From a virus, in the IMG/VR virus record IMGVR_UViG_3300036846_001176, positions 29,048 through 93,047 of that record: DNA of 64,000 nt. The stretch is one strand, 5' to 3'. Positions 35,869 to 46,290 of this stretch are shown in pieces. A model generated the notes under the pieces. The model was not told the origin of the DNA. It was given only the letters and a program-made list of their open reading frames with translations, and did not search any database. Each line of letters starts with the position of its first letter. Positions within the stretch are counted from its first letter, which is position 1. The translations under genes and the position numbers were made by a program.

Positions 35869-36132
35869 ATGCCGCAGTACTATCAACTGCCCGATCCCAA
35901 CGTCACCGCGATCTCGGTCGACGGCTTCGAGCACAAGGTCAATCCGACCTCGGGCCTGCTCGAGGTGGAGATGCTGACGCCCAACCTGGTGAACGACCTG
36001 GTGGTGGTGCGGGGCGCGATCCTGGTCGAGCCCGGCGAGGTCGAGAAATACACCGCCGACCGGGCGGCCGCGCAGAAGGTCATGGCCGAGGCGAAGGCAC
36101 CCCCACCCGCCGGCAAGGCCAGAAGCGGCTGA
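35869..36132 (+). CDS. Small post-capsid virion protein
   Basis: AAGGAG RBS 35855-35860. Confidence 0.7.
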   Translation: MPQYYQLPDPNVTAISVDGFEHKVNPTSGLLEVEMLTPNLVNDLVVVRGAILVEPGEVEKYTADRAAAQKVMAEAKAPPPAGKARSG

Positions 36133-36133
36133 C

Positions 36134-36772
36134 ATGACCAGCTGGATCACGTCCGACGATATGAAGGCCTACCTCTGCGACGACACGATGGACGACGCGA
36201 CCGCGCAGAAGATCGCCGACGCCGCGACCGGCGCGGTGCAGGACTTCATCGTCCATGACCTCGAGCAGAACACCTTCACGGAGTTCTACACGACGAACAA
36301 CACCGATTACATCCTGCTCACCAACTTTCCGGTGGTCAGCATCGCTTCGGTGCAGATCACCGGGATCGGCGTGATCCAGCCCTTTACCATCGCCAATTTC
36401 GGCAGCTCGAACGGCGGCTGGGTGATGGACGATCCCTACCTGTCACGGAAGCTGCGCTTTGCCGGCTACGGCAAGCTGCCGCGCTGCCAGATGCCGAACG
36501 TGCTAGTCACCTACACCGCCGGCTACCCGATTGGCACACCACCCGACGTGAAATCGAGCCCGTTCTTCGTCGGCACCGGCATCCCCACCGCGGTCGACGA
36601 GGCGCTCAAGCTGACCGGCGCGGCCATCTACAACGCCCAGGCGGCGGACCCGAACCTTGCCGCCGAGAGCACGGTGGGTGTCTTCTCCGGGCAGTTCTAC
36701 GCCACCGGCGTGGGTGCCGTGCCGCCCGGCGCGCGCTCACTGCTCGAGCCCTACATCTTCTACGCGCCATGA
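36134..36772 (+). CDS. Head-tail adaptor
   Basis: LL.NFPVVSIASV, VTYTAGY, P.AV.EA, LLEPY; position. Confidence 0.75.
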   Translation: MTSWITSDDMKAYLCDDTMDDATAQKIADAATGAVQDFIVHDLEQNTFTEFYTTNNTDYILLTNFPVVSIASVQITGIGVIQPFTIANFGSSNGGWVMDDPYLSRKLRFAGYGKLPRCQMPNVLVTYTAGYPIGTPPDVKSSPFFVGTGIPTAVDEALKLTGAAIYNAQAADPNLAAESTVGVFSGQFYATGVGAVPPGARSLLEPYIFYAP

Positions 36773-36781
36773 GGCCCGCCC

Positions 36782-37486
36782 ATGGTCTGCCGTAACCGCT
36801 ACGTTCAGAACCGCGTCGCCGTCCGCATGAAGCAGCGCGGCGAGCCGATCATCCTGCGCAGCGTCTCGATGCTGAACGGCCCCGAGCCGTTCCGGAACCC
36901 GCCCGACCTGTCGGACGACATCACCGTGACCGCCGGATCCATCACCAACGGTCAGGCGTTCATCGGCCTCGCCGGATCGACCATCACCGGGCGCCTGGTG
37001 CCGGGCGATCAGATCCTGCTCGCCGATGTCCTGGCGACGACGCTCACCGTGCTGGCCATGCCGGACTGGGTGGCCACCGACGTCGATGGCATCCCCGAGG
37101 TCGATGCCAACGGCGATCCGGTGGTCGGCGAGCCGCTGATTTACTATTCGGACACGCTAGCCGCCGAGAACGGCTTCCCGGTGATCGCGGTCGAGGGGGT
37201 GGCTGATCCGACCACCCTGCTCGATGCCGCGGTGGACGACATCGTCTTCGCCGCCGACCAGACCTGCTACGGCATCCAGATGTCGCGCCAGCAGATGGTC
37301 GAGATGGGCTGGGTGGAGATGGACAGCATCGGTGTCCAGTTGGCTGCGCAGGGCCTCGGGGACCTGCAGCCCAAGGTCAACGACCAGTTGATCTTCGGCG
37401 CCACCAACGACATCCGCTCGATCATGTCGATCAACCGCCGCGCGATTGGCGGGGTGGCGTTCACGTTGCAGATCCAGGCGCGCTGA
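36782..37486 (+). CDS. Head-closure-like protein
   Basis: Position; C-terminal PKVNDQLIFG...FTLQIQAR. Confidence 0.5.
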   Translation: MVCRNRYVQNRVAVRMKQRGEPIILRSVSMLNGPEPFRNPPDLSDDITVTAGSITNGQAFIGLAGSTITGRLVPGDQILLADVLATTLTVLAMPDWVATDVDGIPEVDANGDPVVGEPLIYYSDTLAAENGFPVIAVEGVADPTTLLDAAVDDIVFAADQTCYGIQMSRQQMVEMGWVEMDSIGVQLAAQGLGDLQPKVNDQLIFGATNDIRSIMSINRRAIGGVAFTLQIQAR

Positions 37487-37489
37487 TGC

Positions 37490-37909
37490 ATGCCGCCCGC
37501 CGACTTCTCCGTCAGTGTCGAGCGCTGGGTGAACCAGCGGCGCCCGCACGCCGAGGAGATCCGCATCGCGATCGCCGTGGAACTGGTGAACCGGGTGAAG
37601 GAACTGACGCCGGTCGACACCGGCTTCCTGCGCAGCAACTGGACGGCCATCAAAGCGGGCGATGCTCTGCCGATCGCCGGTGCCGTCCCGGATCCGCAAA
37701 CCGCGTTGGCCGGCCTGACGCCGCGCGACCGGATCACGATCATCAATCCGACCCGTTACGCGAGGCGCATCAATTACGGCTTCGTCGGCGAGGACAGCGC
37801 CGGGCGGCACTACCACCAGCAGGGCGCTCACATGCTCGAACAAGCCATGGCCGAGCTGCCGCAGATCGCCGAGCGGGTGCTCGCGCGTTACCAGCAGCCC
37901 GAGCGATGA
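37490..37909 (+). CDS. HK97 gp10-like tail completion protein
   Basis: TPVDTGFLRSNW, YARRINYG. Confidence 0.85.
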   Translation: MPPADFSVSVERWVNQRRPHAEEIRIAIAVELVNRVKELTPVDTGFLRSNWTAIKAGDALPIAGAVPDPQTALAGLTPRDRITIINPTRYARRINYGFVGEDSAGRHYHQQGAHMLEQAMAELPQIAERVLARYQQPER

Positions 37910-37912
37910 GCC

Positions 37913-38347
37913 ATGGGCGCTGATATCCAACTCAGATATTTCGACGACGCGTTGAACGGCCTGCTCGCGGCCGCGCCGATCCCTGGCATTCCGCCCGAGC
38001 AGATCGCGTGGCCCGAAAAGACGTTCGTTCCGACCAAAGGACGACCCTACCTGCGCCCCGAAATGGCAGCCCGCCTGCGCCGGCCGATGGGCGTCGGGGC
38101 CGACAGCGTTCAGGAATGGACCGGAACGTTTCAGATCAGCGTGATGGTGCCACGCGACACCGGCACCCGGCTACAGAACGAAATCGCGTCGGCGCTGCTC
38201 CACGCCTACCCACGCGGCCACTCGGTCACCACCCCGCAGGGGATCCTGGTGATCATCGTTTCGACGACGGTGCCTGCGGCAGTACCGTACGCCGACTGGA
38301 TCAATTTGCCGGTCCAGATCGCGTGGTTCGCGCACGAGCCCCCTTAA
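37913..38347 (+). CDS. Tail terminator (DUF4128-like)
   Basis: IAWPEKTFVP.KG.PYLR...GTFQISV..P..TG. Confidence 0.75.
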   Translation: MGADIQLRYFDDALNGLLAAAPIPGIPPEQIAWPEKTFVPTKGRPYLRPEMAARLRRPMGVGADSVQEWTGTFQISVMVPRDTGTRLQNEIASALLHAYPRGHSVTTPQGILVIIVSTTVPAAVPYADWINLPVQIAWFAHEPP

Positions 38348-38367
38348 CAAGCTGACGGAGACAGGCG

Positions 38368-39570
38368 ATGCCGACATTCGCAACTGGCGTAGCAAAACAA
38401 GTGGCCATCGCCGCCGAGGTGACCGAGGGCGTCAATCCCGTCACCGGCGGGAAATACCTGCGCCGCGTGTCCTCCGACCTGGCGATGAACAAGGACACCT
38501 ACGAGAGCCAGGAAATCCTGGTCTCGCAGCAGATCCGCGACGCCCGCCACGGCGTGCACCGCCCGCAGGGCACCTTCGCCGGCCAGGTCTCGCCCGGGTC
38601 GTTCAACGACTTCTGGGAAGGCATCCTGCGCAACAACTTCATCGCCGGATCCTCGATGGGGCCGTCCAGCCTCGATCTCGATCCAGTAGCCGGCACGCTG
38701 ACCCTGACCGGCGGCGGGTTGCTGGCCGCCGGCTTCAAGCGCCACGACGTGTTCCGGGTCACCGGGGCGGGCGCGCCGAACATCGCGATCAACAACGCCA
38801 ACCTGCGGATCACCGACCTGACCGATACGGTGATCACCAGCCGCGACATCCCGAAGATCACCGGCCTGACCGCCGGCTCGCTGGCCGGCATCACGGTCAA
38901 GGTGGTCGGCAAGAAGGTGTTCATGCCGCCCATCGGCGCGCTCTACAAGTCGTTCTCGATCGAGCACTACTTCAGCGATATCGGCCAGTCCGAACTGTTC
39001 GTCGGCTGCAAGTTCGGCCAGACCTCGATCGCGCTGCCGGCCACCGGGCTGGTGACCTTCAGCTCGCAGGTGATCGGCATGGACATGGTCCAGTCGCCCA
39101 CCCAGCAGCTGACCGCGCCGGCGCCGACCACCACCTCGACGTCGCTCGCCGCGGTCAACGGCCTGGTCGAATACAACGACCAGGACGTGGCGATCATCAC
39201 CGGAATGAACATCCAGCTGAACGGTGCGCTCGGCGCCGATCCGGTGGTGGGCAGCAACATCGTGCCGCACATCTTCCAGGGGCGGTTCCGGGTCACCGGC
39301 AACATGACCGCGCTCTTCATGGACGAGACGATGTTCAACACCTTCCTCAATGAGACCGAGGTTGGTGTCACCTTGATGCTGACCATGGGCTCGGGACCGA
39401 ACGCGGACTTCATGAATTTCATGATGCCGCGCGTGAAGCTGATGGGCTCGACCAAGTCGGATAGCGACATGGCGCTGATCCAGACCTTCAACTTCTCGGC
39501 CTTGGAGAACGTCACCTTCGAGCCGAACGGCGACATGAGCACCTTTGTGATCCAGGACAGCCTTGCGTGA
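38368..39570 (+). CDS. Major tail tube protein
   Basis: [16 protein letters not shown]...[12 protein letters not shown]; position. Confidence 0.85.
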   Translation: MPTFATGVAKQVAIAAEVTEGVNPVTGGKYLRRVSSDLAMNKDTYESQEILVSQQIRDARHGVHRPQGTFAGQVSPGSFNDFWEGILRNNFIAGSSMGPSSLDLDPVAGTLTLTGGGLLAAGFKRHDVFRVTGAGAPNIAINNANLRITDLTDTVITSRDIPKITGLTAGSLAGITVKVVGKKVFMPPIGALYKSFSIEHYFSDIGQSELFVGCKFGQTSIALPATGLVTFSSQVIGMDMVQSPTQQLTAPAPTTTSTSLAAVNGLVEYNDQDVAIITGMNIQLNGALGADPVVGSNIVPHIFQGRFRVTGNMTALFMDETMFNTFLNETEVGVTLMLTMGSGPNADFMNFMMPRVKLMGSTKSDSDMALIQTFNFSALENVTFEPNGDMSTFVIQDSLA

Positions 39571-42128
39571 TTTCAGGGCCGGACCCGGACGAGGAAGCGG
39601 CCGGTAGCGCCGAGCCGGCTGGCGAGCCGGCTCCCGAAACACCGACCCAGCACGTTGGGCCCATTGTTCAGCCGAGCGCGCCGATGTCGCGCCCGGCGGC
39701 GTGGGTCGGCGATGGCGTGGCGCTGCCGCACTGGCTGACCGCCGGCGCCGTCCCGATCGACCCGACCATCATCACCGGTCAGGACCGCATGCTCCTCGAG
39801 CATGGCGAGGACTACACCCGGTATTACTGCACCCTTGATGATCTCGGGGGATTTGGCGGCGGCGGAACCGGCCCGCGCGGGCCGCCGGGTCCGCCCGGAC
39901 CGCTCGGGCCGGTAGGCCCGCAAGGCGCGCAAGGCCTCACCGGTGCCACTGGGATGACCGGCCTGGCCGGCCAGACCGGGCCGCAGGGCGCGACCGGCCT
40001 GCAAGGCCCACAAGGGCCGCAGGGCAACCCTGGACCGACCGGACCGCAGGGGATCGATGGCCCCGCCGGCATCACAGGGCCGCCGGGTCCGGTGGGGCCG
40101 GCAGGGCCGCAAGGTGCCACCGGGTTGACCGGTGCGGAGGGACCGGAAGGGCCGGTTGGTCCGCCGGGTGCGGGCGCGCAAGGGGATCCCGGACCGACCG
40201 GGCCGCAAGGCGATGTCGGCCCACCAGGTGCCACCGGGCCACAAGGGGCGCCCGGTCCGATCGGTGCGACCGGCCTCGCGGGACCGAAAGGCGATCCCGG
40301 CTCGCCAGGACTGACGGGTCCACCTGGTCCGCAGGGCGACCCCGGGCCGACTGGCCCGCAAGGCAATGTCGGACCGCCGGGTGCCACAGGCGCTGACGGA
40401 GCGACGGGTCCGATCGGCCCGACGGGTGCCACCGGGCTGACTGGCGCCGATGGTCCTGCTGGCGCCCAGGGCCCGCCTGGCACGGGCGCGCAGGGGGATC
40501 CCGGGCCGATCGGGCCGCAAGGGATCGACGGACCGCCTGGTGCGACCGGGCCTGCCGGCCCTCCCGGACCGACCGGCGCCACCGGCCTGACCGGCGTACA
40601 GGGCAACGACGGCCCCGCGGGTTTGACCGGGCCCGCGGGACCGCAGGGCGATCCTGGCCCGGCTGGGCCGCAGGGCGCTACGGGTCCTGCCGGGCCTATC
40701 GGTGCCGATGGTCCGGCTGGTCCTCAAGGACCGACCGGCGCCACCGGATTGACCGGGCCTGCCGGACCTGTCGGGCCCGCGGGACCACAAGGGCCACCCG
40801 GAACCGGCGACGGCACAGGGACGGAGGGTCCGCCCGGACCCGCTGGACCGCAGGGCGATCCTGGACCAGCAGGGCCCACGGGGCCTATCGGCCCAACCGG
40901 CGCGACCGGTCTCACTGGGGCACAGGGCAACGATGGCCCTCAGGGGCCGGCGGGTCCGACCGGTGCCACCGGCGCGCAAGGGCCAGCCGGACCAGCGGGG
41001 GCGCAAGGCGACGTCGGCCCGGCGGGATCGCAGGGCGACGCTGGACCAGTTGGCCCGACCGGCGCCACCGGATTGACCGGCGTGGCCGGTCCTGCGGGTC
41101 CGCAGGGGCCGCCCGGCGTCGGCACCCAGGGCGATCCTGGACCGGCCGGTCCGCAGGGGATCGATGGACCACCCGGCGCCACTGGCCCAGCGGGACCAGC
41201 AGGCCAGACCGGCGCGACCGGCCTGACTGGCGCGCAAGGCAACAATGGACCCCAAGGGCCAGTTGGTCCGACCGGCGCCACCGGGGCGCAGGGGCTTACG
41301 GGACCGAAGGGCGATCAGGGTCTGACAGGGGCGACGGGTGCGGTCGGTGCGACCGGACCGGCCGGCCCGACTGGCGCGACGGGTGCCACCGGGGTGGCCG
41401 GTCCTGCGGGTCCACAAGGGCCGCCCGGCACCGGCATACAGGGACCAGTTGGACCGGCAGGCCCACAGGGGATCGATGGCCCAGCAGGCGCCACGGGTCC
41501 GGCCGGCCCAATTGGTTTAACCGGTGCCACTGGCCTGACCGGCGCAAAGGGCGATCCTGGCGCCACCGGGCCGCAGGGAGTGAAGGGCGATACGGGTGCC
41601 ACCGGCGCAACCGGATCGCAGGGGGTGCAAGGCCCGCAAGGCGTGCAGGGCACGACAGGCGCCACCGGGCCCGCGGGGCCGACCGGCGCCACCGGCTTAA
41701 CCGGACCTGTCGGGCCACAAGGGCCGCAGGGACCGCAGGGCGATCCCGCACAGATCATCGCCGGCAACGGCTTGACCATGACCGGCAGCACGATCGACGT
41801 GGTCGGCACCGCCAACCGGATCGTGGTTGCCGCGGACAGCATCGATATTGCCAGCACCTATGTCGGGCAGACCTCGATCACCACCGTCGGCACGATCGGC
41901 ACCGGCACGTGGCAGGGCACCGTGGTCGGCGTGCCGTATGGCGGATCGGGAGCGACGACGCTAAGCGGCTACCTGAAGGGCAATGGCACGGCGGCGTTCA
42001 CCGGCGTTAGCAGCATTCCGAACACCGACGTCAGCGGGCTCGGCTCGATGAGCACGCAAGGCGCGGGTGCGGTGGCAATCACCGGCGGCACAATCGATGG
42101 GGTCACGCTGGACGGCGGCGTGTTTTAG
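39567..42128 (+). CDS. Collagen-like fibre protein (853 aa)
   Basis: Long Gly-X-Y run with a C-terminal beta-rich domain ending LDGGVF. Confidence 0.9.
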   Translation: MISGPDPDEEAAGSAEPAGEPAPETPTQHVGPIVQPSAPMSRPAAWVGDGVALPHWLTAGAVPIDPTIITGQDRMLLEHGEDYTRYYCTLDDLGGFGGGGTGPRGPPGPPGPLGPVGPQGAQGLTGATGMTGLAGQTGPQGATGLQGPQGPQGNPGPTGPQGIDGPAGITGPPGPVGPAGPQGATGLTGAEGPEGPVGPPGAGAQGDPGPTGPQGDVGPPGATGPQGAPGPIGATGLAGPKGDPGSPGLTGPPGPQGDPGPTGPQGNVGPPGATGADGATGPIGPTGATGLTGADGPAGAQGPPGTGAQGDPGPIGPQGIDGPPGATGPAGPPGPTGATGLTGVQGNDGPAGLTGPAGPQGDPGPAGPQGATGPAGPIGADGPAGPQGPTGATGLTGPAGPVGPAGPQGPPGTGDGTGTEGPPGPAGPQGDPGPAGPTGPIGPTGATGLTGAQGNDGPQGPAGPTGATGAQGPAGPAGAQGDVGPAGSQGDAGPVGPTGATGLTGVAGPAGPQGPPGVGTQGDPGPAGPQGIDGPPGATGPAGPAGQTGATGLTGAQGNNGPQGPVGPTGATGAQGLTGPKGDQGLTGATGAVGATGPAGPTGATGATGVAGPAGPQGPPGTGIQGPVGPAGPQGIDGPAGATGPAGPIGLTGATGLTGAKGDPGATGPQGVKGDTGATGATGSQGVQGPQGVQGTTGATGPAGPTGATGLTGPVGPQGPQGPQGDPAQIIAGNGLTMTGSTIDVVGTANRIVVAADSIDIASTYVGQTSITTVGTIGTGTWQGTVVGVPYGGSGATTLSGYLKGNGTAAFTGVSSIPNTDVSGLGSMSTQGAGAVAITGGTIDGVTLDGGVF
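39870..41747 (+). repeat. Gly-X-Y collagen repeat (~200 triplets)
   Basis: GGN every 9 nt; recurrent [10 protein letters not shown] and QGDPGP blocks. Confidence 0.95.
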
Positions 42129-42130
42129 CG

Positions 42131-44179
42131 ATGACGGACGTCCTGCGCATTAAGCGACGGCTGACGGGCGCGGCGGGCGCGCCATCGGCACTGGCCAACG
42201 CCGAGCTTGCCTACAACGAGCTCGACGACACGCTCTATTACGGCAAGGGCGGCAGCGCGGCCGCGGCGGCCAGCATCCTGGCCATCGCGGGGCCCGGCAA
42301 ATTTGCCACCCTGCTCTCGCCGGGGTTCGGCGGTGTACCAACCGCGCCCACTGCGGCGCCTGGCACCAACACGACGCAGCTCGCAACGACCGCCTTCGTT
42401 ATCGCCAACGCTTCGGCGGGCGCAAATTTCGGCGCACCACCGCCGATCGGCAATGTGACGCCGAACACCGGTGCGTTCACCACGATCAATGCGAGCGGGC
42501 GCGTCACGCTCGCGATCGCGACCGCCAACACAAACAGTCCATCGCTGACATTCCAGACGGCCGGCAACGGCACCGATGCGAACATCTGGGATTTCAATAT
42601 CCAAGGCCTGGCGCTCTACGGCCGTTTGATCAACGACGCCTACGGCGTTGCCACCAACTGGCTCACCGTCACCCGTTCCGGCATGACGGTCAGCAGCATC
42701 TCGCTGAACGGTGCGCTGTACGTCAACAACGCGACCATCCAGCAGCTTGCCGCGACGGCGCCGTTGCTTCGGCATAACGTCAGCAACGGCGCCGCCGACG
42801 CCAAGATCTTCGACGTCGTTACCCAGACTGGCAGCACCATCCTTCGTTTTGTGAACGACACCGGCGCGCAGGCTTACAACTGGCTGGTTGCCTACCGCTC
42901 GGGCTACACCTGCACGTCGCTCGTGCTCACCGCGTCGGCGATCACGCTCAGCGGCCCCACGACAGTGGCGGGAGCCCTCGCAAGCACCAGCACCATCGGC
43001 GTCTCCAGCAACGGCGGCGCGAACGGCTACGCCACCTTGCAGCCGGGCGACGCCTCGCACAGCGGCTACGTAGCGTTCTGGAATACTGCCGGCACGCGCG
43101 TGGGCTACATCGGCTTTGTCGTCGCCGGCGGCTTGATTAATTTCAACGCTTCCGAAGGCGGTACCACCGGGGTAACCCTCACGGGCAACCTCGGTGTCAG
43201 CGGCACCGCGACCATCGCCGGGACTTTTACCGCCAACGCCGGCTCAATCCTCCAAGCGTCCATCTCACACAACGTCGCCGGCACCGTGATGTACAGCCAG
43301 TACGTCACCAACGGCGCCGCCGACGCCAAATACGCAGAGATCTATACGAACAGCGCCAGCACGACCGTCTGGCGTTTCATGAACGACGCCTACAACGCGG
43401 GCTACGCGTGGATGCAGGTCGGCCGCGCTGGCTACCAATGCAATAGCATTTCGTTCACCAGCACGGGCAACATCACCCTCAACTGCCCGAACGTCATGCC
43501 CAGCACCAACATCCTCGTCGGCGCCGCAGTGTATTTTGGCTATGCGACATACGGCGCGTCCTACATCACCAACGATGCCACCTACGGCTACTTCAATTGG
43601 ATGTCGAACTATTATTTCCGCATGAACCGCGGCACCGGCATCACCGAATGGATCGGCGCCGGCGCCGTCATCCTGACGCTGTACCCCGCGGGCGGCCTCT
43701 ACGCAGCCGGCTCGCAGCCGGGCTCGCTCAGCAACATCTCGGTCTTCTATAACGGTGGCGTCGCGAACGGCTGGTCCAATGCCGTCAACTGGGCATGGAA
43801 CAGCGCGCAGGGCCTCATCGGGTCGGCTTTCTACGCGAGCTCCGACCGGCGACTGAAGAGTGACATCCGGCCGATCGAAGACGCGATCGCCCTGGCGTGG
43901 ATCCAGCAGGCGCGCCCGGTCACCTTCGTGAAGGAAGGCCGGGCCAGCAGCGGCTTCATCGCCCAGGAAGAGCTGGAAACCGTGCGCGGCGCCTCGGTCA
44001 CCTTCATCGACAGTCCGGATCCGCTATTCGCCGAAGGCGACGGCCGCGTGCCGCCCGGCATCAAGCTGCTGAAGAACTACGAAGATGATATCGCCTACAT
44101 CACCCGCGCAATGCAGATCATGATGGCGGAGAACGCGGCAATGGCCGCGCGCATTGCAACGCTGGAGGCGCGCCTCTGA
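42131..44179 (+). CDS. Tail fibre with C-terminal intramolecular chaperone (Peptidase S74-like)
   Basis: PTAPTAAPGTNTTQLATTAFV fibre motif; SSDRRLKSDIRPI and terminal coiled coil. Confidence 0.85.
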   Translation: MTDVLRIKRRLTGAAGAPSALANAELAYNELDDTLYYGKGGSAAAAASILAIAGPGKFATLLSPGFGGVPTAPTAAPGTNTTQLATTAFVIANASAGANFGAPPPIGNVTPNTGAFTTINASGRVTLAIATANTNSPSLTFQTAGNGTDANIWDFNIQGLALYGRLINDAYGVATNWLTVTRSGMTVSSISLNGALYVNNATIQQLAATAPLLRHNVSNGAADAKIFDVVTQTGSTILRFVNDTGAQAYNWLVAYRSGYTCTSLVLTASAITLSGPTTVAGALASTSTIGVSSNGGANGYATLQPGDASHSGYVAFWNTAGTRVGYIGFVVAGGLINFNASEGGTTGVTLTGNLGVSGTATIAGTFTANAGSILQASISHNVAGTVMYSQYVTNGAADAKYAEIYTNSASTTVWRFMNDAYNAGYAWMQVGRAGYQCNSISFTSTGNITLNCPNVMPSTNILVGAAVYFGYATYGASYITNDATYGYFNWMSNYYFRMNRGTGITEWIGAGAVILTLYPAGGLYAAGSQPGSLSNISVFYNGGVANGWSNAVNWAWNSAQGLIGSAFYASSDRRLKSDIRPIEDAIALAWIQQARPVTFVKEGRASSGFIAQEELETVRGASVTFIDSPDPLFAEGDGRVPPGIKLLKNYEDDIAYITRAMQIMMAENAAMAARIATLEARL

Positions 44180-44550
44180 TGGCCGAATATTCCCACAGCC
44201 ACATGGACGACTGGGTGGTGCACAACGAGCAAGGCTCGCTCGTGCCGATCACCGACCCGGACTACGTGGCCTGGCTCGAAGCCGGCGGCGTGCCCGATCC
44301 CTATGTTCCGCTCCCGGACAACATAACGCCGAACCCGATGGACAACCCGCATTTCAGGCTCGACACCGGCGTCCAAGGCGCAGTGACGGCATGGAACGCA
44401 AACACGCCACAGGCCGCGCCAGGCGGTGGCGGCGGTGGCCAGGGCGGGCTGTCGGTCGAGGAACGGCTGACCAGGCTGGAAGCCAGCCTCACCGCCATGG
44501 CACAAGGGCAGGGACTGTCCACCAACGCCCCCGTCACCATGAAGACATGA
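44179..44550 (+). CDS. Fibre-associated small protein
   Basis: IPxD/ITDPDYVAWLEAGGVP motif; coupled start. Confidence 0.65.
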   Translation: MAEYSHSHMDDWVVHNEQGSLVPITDPDYVAWLEAGGVPDPYVPLPDNITPNPMDNPHFRLDTGVQGAVTAWNANTPQAAPGGGGGGQGGLSVEERLTRLEASLTAMAQGQGLSTNAPVTMKT

Positions 44551-44557
44551 GGCACCG

Positions 44558-44773
44558 ATGCAACCGCAGCCGATCCAGATCGAAGCCACGCAGGAGATGA
44601 CGATCACCCTGCAGGCGCAGGAGTGGCAGATCGTCATGGAGGCCCTGGCCGAACGGCCATTCAAGATAGCGGCCCCGCTGATCCAGAAGTTCAACCAGCA
44701 GTTCGAGGCCGTGACCCAGCCGGCCGCGCCAAAGACCAACGGCGCCCAGGACCCGGCAGCTCCGCCGCACTGA
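44558..44773 (+). CDS. Small hypothetical protein
   Basis: 71 aa; GAGG RBS. Confidence 0.6.
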   Translation: MQPQPIQIEATQEMTITLQAQEWQIVMEALAERPFKIAAPLIQKFNQQFEAVTQPAAPKTNGAQDPAAPPH

Positions 44774-46290
44774 TGGCCGACTGGTACGTCTCCTCGGTGA
44801 ATTACAATACGCTGCCGGTGTGGCAGGCCTCGACGCCCTATGCCGTTGGCCAGATCATCCGCCCCACCGCGCCGCAGGCCTACCGGCTCTACCCGCAGCG
44901 CTGCACCGTGGCGGGAACCTCCGCAGCGACCGAACCGACCTGGCCCACCACAATTGGCGGAACCGTGGTTTCCGGTGGCGCCACGTTCCAGAACATCCAC
45001 TCCCAGGTGACGGCCTGGGGCTGGAATGCCGCGACCGGCAATCTCTACACATTGTCACAGTCAGGTGGCGGCGGCCCGGTGGCGGGGGACCGGATTTTTG
45101 TCGCGAACGATCACGCCGACAGTTTTTCAGCAACCTATCTGCAACTGGCTCCCGCCGGCGCCGGCACCACTCTGGTCATTTCCGTCAACCGCGCCGGCAA
45201 CGTGCCACCGACGGTGGCCGACGAAGTCGCTGGCGCCACCATCACCCTGACGGCCGCCAACAACGTACTCGACTGCGTGTCGAACATGTACTGGCAGGGG
45301 TTCACCATAAACTGCCAAGGGACCGCGGCGGTCTTTCTGCTTTATACCGGCCAGAAACAGAACTACTTCAGGAACTGTGCCTTCATCCTTGGCGCCAGCA
45401 TGACCCGTATCGACGTCGATAACCCCGGTCGGGTGGTGTTCGACAACACGACGGTGCAGTTCGGCGCCACCACCCAGTATATCGGCGCCACCGCCGGATA
45501 TCCGTTCGATTTTCTCTGGATCAACACGCCAGCGGCGATCCAGGGCGGCATCATACCGGCGGCATTGTTCTTAAAAGGCGCGGGCTCTAACGGCTCCAAC
45601 CTCTTCACATGTCGCGGGGTTGACCTGAGCGCTGTCACCGGATCGCTGGTCAATTCTGCAACAAGCGGCAGCTACTCGAAGGTGCTTTTCGACAGCTGCC
45701 TGATCGCGCCAGGGGTTGTCCGCCTCGGTCCTACCTTCTCCGCCACGCCGACCGATGAGGCCGAACTGATCAATTGCTTTGACGGCGCCAGCATCCTCAA
45801 CGAGCGCCATACCTGGGCGGGCGATCTGACGCTCAACCGCTCCACGGTCATGGTCGGCGGCGCGCAGGACGATCTTGGCATCTATTCCATGCAGATGGTT
45901 TCCTCGTCGCGGACCGATCGCCTTGGCGTGCCGCTGAGCAGCTTCTGGCTCGATGTCGAGAACACCCAGCTCAACACGACGCGCACCGCGACCATCGAGT
46001 TCATTTCCAGCCTCGCCCTGAACAGCGGCGATATCAGCGTGCTGCTGGAATTCCAGCCGACCGCCGGTTCGTCGGCGGCGGGGTTCGTCAACTCGGCACC
46101 CTCGCCGCTCAGCACGCTGGTCGTTCTCGCGACATCGTCGGCAGCCTGGAACAACCAGCCGGCCACGCCGGTCAGGCAGAACATCGCGCTCAACTTCACG
46201 CCGCGGCAGGCCGGGCGGTTGCGCGCGCAGGTGCGTCTTGCCAGGCCATCGACCACGGTGTGGGTCAACCCGATCATCGTGGTGACCTGA
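44773..46290 (+). CDS. Beta-rich tail/receptor-binding protein, paralog 1
   Basis: MADWYVSS...WQASTPYAVGQIIRPT; TGATG coupling. Confidence 0.75.
   Translation: MADWYVSSVNYNTLPVWQASTPYAVGQIIRPTAPQAYRLYPQRCTVAGTSAATEPTWPTTIGGTVVSGGATFQNIHSQVTAWGWNAATGNLYTLSQSGGGGPVAGDRIFVANDHADSFSATYLQLAPAGAGTTLVISVNRAGNVPPTVADEVAGATITLTAANNVLDCVSNMYWQGFTINCQGTAAVFLLYTGQKQNYFRNCAFILGASMTRIDVDNPGRVVFDNTTVQFGATTQYIGATAGYPFDFLWINTPAAIQGGIIPAALFLKGAGSNGSNLFTCRGVDLSAVTGSLVNSATSGSYSKVLFDSCLIAPGVVRLGPTFSATPTDEAELINCFDGASILNERHTWAGDLTLNRSTVMVGGAQDDLGIYSMQMVSSSRTDRLGVPLSSFWLDVENTQLNTTRTATIEFISSLALNSGDISVLLEFQPTAGSSAAGFVNSAPSPLSTLVVLATSSAAWNNQPATPVRQNIALNFTPRQAGRLRAQVRLARPSTTVWVNPIIVVT

Noticed and set aside
39870-41747. 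Collagen region as a second guide array
   Set aside because: Period is 9 nt (GGN-NNN-NNN) inside an open frame, not 5 nt
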